The notes under the pieces are model-generated. The model ran no database searches and was not told the DNA's origin. It worked only from the letters and a program-made list of their open reading frames with translations. Source: Defluviitaleaceae bacterium (GTDB lineage: Bacteria > Bacillota > Clostridia > Lachnospirales > UBA5962). Taken from it: a stretch of DNA of 64,000 bases. Location: the NCBI GenBank assembly GCA_009780765.1, contig WQZK01000001.1, positions 7,246 to 71,245 of the forward strand, read 5' to 3'. Made by a program: the position numbers and the translations under genes. Positions 56,932 to 64,000 of this stretch are shown here, piece by piece (the first letter of the stretch is position 1; each line of letters opens with the position of its first letter).

Positions 56932-57020
56932 ATTCTCCTGCTAACTCAAACTGATTTCTCCCGCCAAGTCAAATAATTTATCATTTTCAAAGATGGTTTT
57001 CTCCCGCAAACTCAAATAAA
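56932..57020. repeat. Cluster of three degenerate direct repeats related to the 38876-38986 cluster
   Basis: Units: ATTCTCCTGCTAACTCAAA; ATTTCTCCCGCCAAGTCAAATA; (CAAAGATGG)TTTTCTCCCGCAAACTCAAATAAA. Confidence 0.5.
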
Positions 57021-57029
57021 ATTCATTCT

Positions 57030-57064
57030 AAGCCCCAAGACCCAAGCGGTTTTGGGGCTTTTTT
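57030..57064 (+). terminator. Intrinsic terminator
   Basis: AAGCCCCAA / TTGGGGCTT perfect 9-bp stem followed by TTTT. Confidence 0.7.
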
Positions 57065-57169
57065 GTGTTGGGGCGTGCCGAGATTTATTTTACAGGATGG
57101 CGAAGAATAGTTGTGTGAAAATTGAAACACAAATTTTTTTAGAAATTTGGCATTATTCCGTAAAAAGAA

Positions 57170-57198
57170 TTGACTTTGTTCAGAATAAAGCATATAAT
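57170..57198 (+). promoter_or_regulatory. Promoter of the HTH-methyltransferase / type IIG R-M / Gabija block
   Basis: TTGACT (57170-57175), a 17-nt spacer, then TATAAT (57193-57198). A GGAGG RBS and the ATG at 57230 follow. Confidence 0.6.
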
Positions 57199-57229
57199 TA
57201 TACTGTCCTAGGACACATGGAGGCATAAT

Positions 57230-58276
57230 ATGCAATATCTTTCAACAATAGAAGTCGCAAGTAGATGGGGAGTGTCGGAGAGACGAGTGGCTAAACTATG
57301 CTCTGAAAATCGTGTGCAAGGTGCTCAATTTGTAGGAAAAGCATGGATGATACCAAGCAATGCAACAAGACCAAGCGATGCGAGAATTAAAACGGGGAAA
57401 TATATTCAAACCGATAGACCGATAGAGAGACCAATTGAAGAACTAATAAATCAAGTCTTTGAGGCAGATTGTCTAGTTAAAATGCGCGAGATACCGAATG
57501 CTTCGGTTGACATGATACTTTGCGATTTGCCTTATGGAATAACACAAAATGGCTGGGATTCGTATATTCCACTTCCGCAGTTGTGGCATGAATATATGCG
57601 TATAATTAAACCGAATGGAGTTATAGCGCTTACATCGGCTGGAGTTTTTACAGCACAACTGATAATTAGCAACCCAACTGTATACAAATACAAATGGGTA
57701 TGGGAAAAATCAAAGCCCACAAACTTTTTGAATGCAAAAAAGCAGCCTTTGCGTAAGCATGAGGATATATGCATTTTCTATAAAAATCAGCCGATATATA
57801 ATCCACAAATGACACAAGGCGAGGCTTATGATAAGGGCATTCGTAAAAATCAACTAAGCGGGAGTTATGGAGACTTTAAGCCTGTACATGTTCGTAGCAA
57901 TGGAGAGAGATACCCAACGGATATAATATATTGCAAAACTGCCGAGGCGGAGGGAGAGGTTGTGCATCCTACGCAAAAACCGATTTCGCTCGGTAGATAT
58001 TTAATAAAAACTTATACAAATCCGGGGGATATTGTTCTTGATAATGCTTGTGGAAGTGGGTCATTTTTGGTAGCAGCATTACTTGAGGGGCGTAATTTCA
58101 TAGGAATTGAAAAAAATGAAAACACAACGCTATTCAAGCGTGAAAATATAGACTATATTGAAGTTTCAAAAAAACGCCTTTATGCAGCTTGGCAAGAGGT
58201 CGCACAAAGAAATTTGCATACATTAGTAAACAGCTTACTTATGGAGCAGTTTATGGAGAAAAAATATGCCAATTAG
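57230..58276 (+). CDS. DNA methyltransferase (beta-class, DPPY-like) with N-terminal HTH domain
   Basis: N-terminal 'YLSTIEVASRWGVSERRVAKLCSENRVQGAQFVGKAWMIP' (MerR/excisionase-like HTH). Motif IV 'ILCDLPYG', 'HPTQKP', and motif I 'DNACGSGSF'. Confidence 0.88.
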   Translation: MQYLSTIEVASRWGVSERRVAKLCSENRVQGAQFVGKAWMIPSNATRPSDARIKTGKYIQTDRPIERPIEELINQVFEADCLVKMREIPNASVDMILCDLPYGITQNGWDSYIPLPQLWHEYMRIIKPNGVIALTSAGVFTAQLIISNPTVYKYKWVWEKSKPTNFLNAKKQPLRKHEDICIFYKNQPIYNPQMTQGEAYDKGIRKNQLSGSYGDFKPVHVRSNGERYPTDIIYCKTAEAEGEVVHPTQKPISLGRYLIKTYTNPGDIVLDNACGSGSFLVAALLEGRNFIGIEKNENTTLFKRENIDYIEVSKKRLYAAWQEVAQRNLHTLVNSLLMEQFMEKKYAN

Positions 58277-61004
58277 AAGAAACGAGCGCAGTGAGGTTAT
58301 TGAGCTTATAAGCGAAATAAATCAAATTGTAAGCAGGATAGACATTAGAATAAAACGAGCAGGCGGCGAAAATACCCTGCAAGTTCGTGGCGGAGCGTTA
58401 TTCCCTGACATTATCTTGTTTAGAGATACAGCACGAACTCAAATTTTGCATGGCTGGGAAGCCAAGATGCCTGATGTTTCTATTACTGATGCAGAGTTAA
58501 TTAGAAATGCTAAAACAAAGGCAAATACATTAGGTGTAGATAGTTTTGTTCTTTGGAATTTTACATCCGCTAGGCTTTATGGCAAAAGCACTGGCGGTGG
58601 TTTTGTTATAATGCGAAGTTGGGATTTGCCACAAATTCGCACCCGTAGCGATGTGCAAACATACGAGGCAGACTGGAAACGGCAACTCAACGATATAATA
58701 ATTTCCTTGAATGATTATTTTGTAGATGGAACAATTCACGCCTCAACCTTAGAAGCAGTCATAGCTGACGGAATTGGCTCGGCACTTATTGAAAGAAATA
58801 AATCTTCTGTAGCGGAAGCATTAAGGAATGCTGGCATTTCAAATACAGTAGTTGATGCTTTTATACAAGATTGGTGGTTGCAGGCACAAGCAGAATATTT
58901 TAGAGACGAGACTGCGTATACGGCATATTCCAAATCACTTTTATTGCACTGGCTGAATAGAGTTGTTTTTGCTCATCTAATTAAAAGATATTTCAATTCA
59001 GCGAGAGAGGTCGAATCAATAAATGAGACAACGACAGTGACACAAGCAAATGCAATTTTTGAGAGAATAACGGCAGGATGTGATTTCTATAATATTTTCA
59101 AATCTTGGGAGCATGACGACTTAATATCTGACACGGCTTGGAATGACATTATTGTGATTAACGAGTTTCTAAAAGAAAACGAGGTAGCAGGACTTTCGCA
59201 AGAGGCACTCCAAGAAATTTTAGAAAAATCGGTAAATCTCGGTAAGCGAGAAATAAGTGGTCAGTTTACTACGCCGACAATTTTGGCTGATATTCTAGCT
59301 AAAATAACGCTTAGAGATTTAAGGGGAGAATTTTTTGACCCATGTTGCGGAACTGGAACTATAGCAATAGCTGTAAAGGATTACAAAAAAACAAGGCTTT
59401 CGGCAAGCGAGGCAATCAGCACAGTATGGGCGGAGGATAGGGATGCCTTTGCAACTCAAATTGCACAATTAGGGATGAGTGATATAGAAGGTATAAATAT
59501 CCCTGTACGCATATTTCAAAAAAGCGTTTTTGATTTGAGAAGTGGCGAGGTCGTAAGTCTTGTTGACCCGTCAAGTGGTGAAACGATAGATTTTACTTTA
59601 CCACAGTTTGATGCGATAGCTTCTAATTTGCCGTTTGTTGCTTTTGAGAATATTAGAATGGAAGAAAGGTCTGCAATAGAGCGGATTTTTGCGGAGGTTA
59701 GTAATAACGCCTCTGCACTTGGTGGGCGAGGCGACATATATGTTCCTATAGTTTTTTCTCTTTGGAAGCACTTAAGAGAGGGAGCATATCTAGGTATAAT
59801 TACTTCTAATTCATGGCTTGGTAATGATGCAGGTAAGCGATTTTATAATGCGGTAACGCACTATTTTCACATTGAGCAAATTCATATCAGTGGCGATGGA
59901 AAATGGTTTGATAATGCTAATGTTGTTGCAGCGATTAGCCTTTTGAAAAAGAAACCCAATATTACACCGCCAGCATTGACGGACGAAACATTTTTCTATC
60001 TTTGGAAAAAGAGACTTGCGGACTTTGGAGATGATAGAGTAAAGCAAAGATTAGTTGTATCCTCGTTGCAAAATCGTAGCACTGATGCAGAGATAGTATC
60101 AGTACGCAATTATAGCAATGACGAAATATCACGCTTAGAAAATCTGAATTTTGCGAAAAATGCGTTATTTCACGATGTAAAATGGGTGTTGGATATTGTA
60201 GACAAGCTATGTCTGATTAAAAGTATTTTCAAACCTTTTCGTGGGGAGCGGCGTGGGTGGGATAAAATGTTTTATCCAGCAAGCGGACACGGAATAGAAA
60301 GAGAATATATAAAGCCTGTTTTGAAAAGTGCAAGAGGGGTTTCTCTGCTTACGGCACAAGCTGATGGCGAGGCATTTTGCTGTAGTAGAACTTTAGCTGA
60401 GCTGAATAGCAGTGGTCATACGGGAGCATTGAATTGGATAAATCAATTCGCTCATGGGTGTAATGAAAAAGGTTTGCCATTGCCTGATGTATTGAGAAAA
60501 GCAAATGCTCATTGGTACGAGATGTCGGATTCGGGGACGGCAGATGTAGTCACAACCATGAATCCCGAGACACGGCTGTTCTACGCTAAATTTCAAAATC
60601 CAACTTTTATAAATCAACGCCTAATAGGATTGAAATATAAAAGACCTGATGAAAATAAGGATTTGTGCCACGCACTTCTGAATACAGTTGTAGGAATGTT
60701 TTTTATAGAGGTTTCAGGGTTTGGGCGAGGTTTGGGAGTTTTGGATATTTCAAAAACGAGCTTGGAAAACAGCTATATGCTCAATCCCGCAAGTTTGACA
60801 CAGCAGGCAAAAGGCGAAATAATGCAAGCATTTTTACCTTTAATGCAAAGGCAAATTAAAAACACGGAACAGGAATTATTGTCGGCAGATAGAATTGCAT
60901 TTGACCGTTGCGTTTTACGAGCGTATGGAATTGAAGAGTATTATGAAAAAGTTAGAGACAGCCTGTTATCGTTGCAAAGAACAAGGCTTTCGGTAAAACA
61001 ATAA
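58266..61004 (+). CDS. Type IIG/IIL-like restriction-modification fusion (N-terminal PD-ExK nuclease plus gamma-class N6-adenine methyltransferase plus TRD)
   Basis: 'FPDIILF...(x13)...GWEAKMP' fits PD-(D/E)xK. 'GQFTTPTILADILAKI', motif I 'FFDPCCGTGTIAIA' and motif IV 'IASNLPFV' are also present. 912 aa. The start overlaps the upstream methyltransferase stop by 11 nt. Confidence 0.75.
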   Translation: MPIRRNERSEVIELISEINQIVSRIDIRIKRAGGENTLQVRGGALFPDIILFRDTARTQILHGWEAKMPDVSITDAELIRNAKTKANTLGVDSFVLWNFTSARLYGKSTGGGFVIMRSWDLPQIRTRSDVQTYEADWKRQLNDIIISLNDYFVDGTIHASTLEAVIADGIGSALIERNKSSVAEALRNAGISNTVVDAFIQDWWLQAQAEYFRDETAYTAYSKSLLLHWLNRVVFAHLIKRYFNSAREVESINETTTVTQANAIFERITAGCDFYNIFKSWEHDDLISDTAWNDIIVINEFLKENEVAGLSQEALQEILEKSVNLGKREISGQFTTPTILADILAKITLRDLRGEFFDPCCGTGTIAIAVKDYKKTRLSASEAISTVWAEDRDAFATQIAQLGMSDIEGINIPVRIFQKSVFDLRSGEVVSLVDPSSGETIDFTLPQFDAIASNLPFVAFENIRMEERSAIERIFAEVSNNASALGGRGDIYVPIVFSLWKHLREGAYLGIITSNSWLGNDAGKRFYNAVTHYFHIEQIHISGDGKWFDNANVVAAISLLKKKPNITPPALTDETFFYLWKKRLADFGDDRVKQRLVVSSLQNRSTDAEIVSVRNYSNDEISRLENLNFAKNALFHDVKWVLDIVDKLCLIKSIFKPFRGERRGWDKMFYPASGHGIEREYIKPVLKSARGVSLLTAQADGEAFCCSRTLAELNSSGHTGALNWINQFAHGCNEKGLPLPDVLRKANAHWYEMSDSGTADVVTTMNPETRLFYAKFQNPTFINQRLIGLKYKRPDENKDLCHALLNTVVGMFFIEVSGFGRGLGVLDISKTSLENSYMLNPASLTQQAKGEIMQAFLPLMQRQIKNTEQELLSADRIAFDRCVLRAYGIEEYYEKVRDSLLSLQRTRLSVKQ

Positions 61005-61020
61005 AAGTAAAGGTAAACTT

Positions 61021-63156
61021 ATGAAGATAACAAAAATACACATTGAGAATTTCAGAGCATTGAAAAATACGACAATGGAACTTGAGGAATCACGCTCAAT
61101 AATTGTCGGGAAGAACAACACGGGCAAAACTTCAATAAAGGTTTTGCTAGATAAGCACCTCATAGGCGAGAGTGCAAATTTTAGATTTGACGACCTAAAT
61201 TGTGAATTGCAAGATAAACTGATAGCACAAATTGAGGCGGACAAGAAAAAGACAAAAAAAGAGATACAAGATGCAGGGATGCCAGAGTTTGCGATAAAAT
61301 TATTTTTGCATATTGAGTATGATGAAAAAGATGACCTTTCAAATTTGTCTTCGCTAATTACTGACCTTGAGTTAAGTCGAAAAGAAGTAATACTTGGTTT
61401 TGCGTATAGACTTGATTTGGAGTCATACCTTAAATTATTGGAGGATTACAATTCTCATATTGAGCAATTTGCAAAAGTCAATGCAAAAAAGAAAAAAGAG
61501 AAAAAAGGGGAAGTAAAAATCCCCGAAATAATCTATCTGCTTCAAAGCGAAAAATTAAGTAAGTATTTTAGGAATATATTATTTACAGTTGAGCCAGCAA
61601 CGACTAATCAATATGTTATCCCAAGCGATGATAAGTTGATTAAAAGAGACCGAGCAATTATACGCAAATTGATTAACTACAAATTTATCAATGCGGAGCG
61701 GGATTCGTTGAATAGAAGTGCTAACCAAGAGGCGGCAAGTACGCTGACAAATTTGGCAGGTCAGTATTGGGATGTATGCAGACAGTCTGGCGACAATGAG
61801 GAATTGCAGCTTAGGCAAAGCGAACTAGAGGCACAGTTTATGCTTGCGGATTCAGATTTCACGGAAATATATCATAGTGTTTTTCAAGAGACTTTTGATG
61901 AGATTATAGAATTATCTGATAGCAGAGACAACTTGACGATAGAGTCTTCATTGCAAGCGAAAAGTTTGCTGCGGCAAAATACAACTGTAAAATATAAACA
62001 CCAAGCGACAAAATTGCCCGAAGATTATAATGGCTTGGGATATATGAATTTAATTGAAATTATTTTCAAGCTCAAACTTTTGAAAAAAGAATTTGAGGAT
62101 TTTAATGATGGACACATGGCAGATATAAGTTTGCTTTTTATTGAAGAACCCGAGGCACATATGCACCCGCAGATGCAAGTGATTTTTATACGCAATATTG
62201 AAAACTTATTAAAACTCAAAGAAATAAAAAATGTGCAAACAATTTTAAGCACCCACTCTGCACATATCGCCGCAAATGCTGACATAGATGAATTTAAGTA
62301 TTTTATAAACACAGAAAAAAATGGTGTCATTGTTAAAAATTTGCATGATTTGAAACCAAAGGGCAAAGAGCCAAAAATAACAGATAAAAGCACCGCAGAG
62401 GAAATTGCAGAAAAAGAAGAGTTTGTAAGATACCGATTTATTAAGCAGTATATAACCTTAAATGCCGCAGAGGTGTTTTTTGCCGACAAACTAATTTTTA
62501 TTGAGGGCAGCACCGAGAGGATGCTGATGCCAAGTATAATGAAAATTATTGACAATGGAATAAAAGATGCCAAGAAAAAAGGCAACAAACAAAAAGATGA
62601 AAAGCCACTGCTAATGCAAAATATTTCAATATTAGAATCGGGCGCTCATGCAAAAGAGTTTGATGCTCTCATAAAATTTTTGGATATAAAGACTTTAATT
62701 ATTACCGACATTGATTATATTGATAGTTTGGGGCAGGCGTGTGCAAGTGGAAGTGCTGTAAAAACGAGTAACCCGACAATTAAATATTACTTTGCAGAAA
62801 AAGACATAGAGGCATTAAAGGAATTAAAACAAAGCGATAGAATTGTTGTTGAAAAAATATTAGTCTCTTACCAGCAAAAGCAAGGCAACTATGAGCCGAG
62901 AAGTTTTGAAGAGGCTTTTATAGCGCTAAATTTAGATTGGCTGAAAAGCATTAAAGAAGCTCTTTTTGAGAGAGGGGCAATAAAGAATAAAAATGATTTT
63001 GATGGGACTAATTACTATGAGATTGTGAAAAAATGTCTTAGCTCTAAAACGGCTTTTGCAACCAGCCTAATTTTTGAGAGCCAAAGAGACTCCCAAGAAG
63101 CGATATGGAATATCCCCGATTACATTAAGGAGGGATTGATTTGGTTAAGCAAGTAG
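61021..63156 (+). CDS. gajA: OLD-family ATP-dependent endonuclease (Gabija GajA)
   Basis: 'ITKIHIENFRALKN' and Walker A 'GKNNTGKTS'. ABC signature/Walker B region 'LLFIEEPEAHMHP'. TOPRIM 'LIFIEGSTERMLMP' and 'LIITDIDY'. A UvrD-like helicase gene follows. Confidence 0.85.
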   Translation: MKITKIHIENFRALKNTTMELEESRSIIVGKNNTGKTSIKVLLDKHLIGESANFRFDDLNCELQDKLIAQIEADKKKTKKEIQDAGMPEFAIKLFLHIEYDEKDDLSNLSSLITDLELSRKEVILGFAYRLDLESYLKLLEDYNSHIEQFAKVNAKKKKEKKGEVKIPEIIYLLQSEKLSKYFRNILFTVEPATTNQYVIPSDDKLIKRDRAIIRKLINYKFINAERDSLNRSANQEAASTLTNLAGQYWDVCRQSGDNEELQLRQSELEAQFMLADSDFTEIYHSVFQETFDEIIELSDSRDNLTIESSLQAKSLLRQNTTVKYKHQATKLPEDYNGLGYMNLIEIIFKLKLLKKEFEDFNDGHMADISLLFIEEPEAHMHPQMQVIFIRNIENLLKLKEIKNVQTILSTHSAHIAANADIDEFKYFINTEKNGVIVKNLHDLKPKGKEPKITDKSTAEEIAEKEEFVRYRFIKQYITLNAAEVFFADKLIFIEGSTERMLMPSIMKIIDNGIKDAKKKGNKQKDEKPLLMQNISILESGAHAKEFDALIKFLDIKTLIITDIDYIDSLGQACASGSAVKTSNPTIKYYFAEKDIEALKELKQSDRIVVEKILVSYQQKQGNYEPRSFEEAFIALNLDWLKSIKEALFERGAIKNKNDFDGTNYYEIVKKCLSSKTAFATSLIFESQRDSQEAIWNIPDYIKEGLIWLSK

Positions 63157-64000
63157 TAGACAAAATTAGTGATTACATTGGTAGCAAGAAAAGCTTTATC
63201 ATGCTTGGCGGAGCGGGCAGTGGAAAAACTTACACATTGATGCAAGCAATAGACCTAGCCGTTAAGAAAGTGGGAGCCTCAAAGGTTTGTTGCGTTACTT
63301 ATACAAACGCAGCAGTTGATGAAATTAAAAGGCGGTGTCCTTATGAGAAATTGAGAGTTGGAACAATGCACGATATGCTGTGGGAAATCATTTCTCCATA
63401 TCAAAAAAATGCTGTGACAGTTTTTCATAGTTTGATTGAAAGTGGCGATATAAAGATTGATGACGAAGAAAAAAAGAAAAAAGCTTTAGAAGTAGAAGAG
63501 GTGCAATATAGAGATTATCGCTCTTTAGAAAGGGGGATTTTTTGGCATGATGATTTACTTAAAATTGTAAAAGCAATGTTTGACAAATATCCGTTGCTTC
63601 TAAAAATTTTCGCCGATAAGTTTCATTATTTTTTTATAGACGAATACCAAGATACGGTTGATGTGCTTATTGATATTTGTGTTAGAGCTAACAAAGAGCA
63701 TGGGATGACTGTGGGGCTTTTTGGTGATTCTATGCAGGCGATATATGAGAAAAACTATAAAGCAGATGTGCCTATTGAAGAATTAGCCAAAAACAATAAC
63801 TTTGAGATTATACTCAAGGAAGATAATTTTAGATGTGCCAAAAATGTTATAGAGTTGATTAACAAACTACGCACAGACCTTATAGAGCAGCAGGCGGCGG
63901 GGGATAACGAGGATGGCAAAATTACATTCCTGTATTCTATGCAAAGCAAAACAATAGATGAAATAAAGAGCAACGCCGCATTCAGTGGATGGAGTTGGGG
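63141..64000 (+). CDS. gajB: UvrD/PcrA-like helicase (Gabija GajB), 3'-truncated by the window end
   Basis: The frame is open from 63129 to the window end. A TTG at 63141 lies 7 nt after AAGGAGG. Walker A 'MLGGAGSGKTYT' and motif II 'FFIDEYQDT'. It is absent from the ORF track because no stop falls inside the window. Confidence 0.8.
   Translation, partial: MVKQVVDKISDYIGSKKSFIMLGGAGSGKTYTLMQAIDLAVKKVGASKVCCVTYTNAAVDEIKRRCPYEKLRVGTMHDMLWEIISPYQKNAVTVFHSLIESGDIKIDDEEKKKKALEVEEVQYRDYRSLERGIFWHDDLLKIVKAMFDKYPLLLKIFADKFHYFFIDEYQDTVDVLIDICVRANKEHGMTVGLFGDSMQAIYEKNYKADVPIEELAKNNNFEIILKEDNFRCAKNVIELINKLRTDLIEQQAAGDNEDGKITFLYSMQSKTIDEIKSNAAFSGWSW

Noticed and set aside
38876-64000. Annotating the whole island as an integrative mobile element (ICE or prophage).
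   Set aside because: No integrase, recombinase, transposase, tRNA target or clean terminal repeats are visible within the window. Only fragments remain (the tape-measure N-terminus and DinD). The right boundary lies outside the window.

Overview
The window looks like a low-GC Firmicutes-type chromosome and falls into two parts.

(1) About 1-38.7 kb is mostly housekeeping:
- a membrane-anchored RCC1-repeat surface protein
- rnhB-yraN
- a DUF2156/GNAT pair
- a minus-strand pgm-leuS-ruvX-ogg operon
- an rtcB / unknown gene / prfH ribosome-rescue operon, preceded by a small leader-like transcript
- a Wzx/Wzy-type GDP-fucose polysaccharide locus (manA, manC, gmd, fcl, six glycosyltransferases, an EpsG-like polymerase, a flippase)
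- hprK
- the conserved asp23-nusB-folD-xseA-xseB-ispA-dxs cluster
- an aminotransferase, a BI-1-like membrane protein, a lone OppB-like permease, a YbiT-like ABC-F ATPase and a DUF4234 protein

(2) From about 38.9 kb to the window end is a densely packed defence island with no recognisable integrase:
- AbiEi/AbiEii
- a frameshifted T5orf172/GIY-YIG-like gene
- a translationally coupled operon: Fic, hsdM, two unknown paralogues, hsdS, rhuM, hsdR
- an orphan ThsB-like TIR protein that lacks the catalytic Glu
- a visibly GC-richer block of mobile-element debris: a chimeric ORF, a frameshifted small gene, dinD, an unknown gene plus an SPPY methyltransferase, and a tape-measure fragment
- an Eco57I-like pair (HTH-methyltransferase plus a nuclease-methyltransferase fusion)
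- Gabija (gajA plus partial gajB)

The best candidate for a previously undescribed system is the tandem pair of paralogous genes at 44586-46827, between hsdM and hsdS. Their N-terminal domains carry a motif pattern like class III nucleotidyl cyclases. Their C-terminal domains share a conserved C-x8-H-x3-C-x4-H signature. No recognisable cNMP-binding effector is nearby.

All functional calls rest on reading motifs by eye and on recalled family knowledge. No database search was run.
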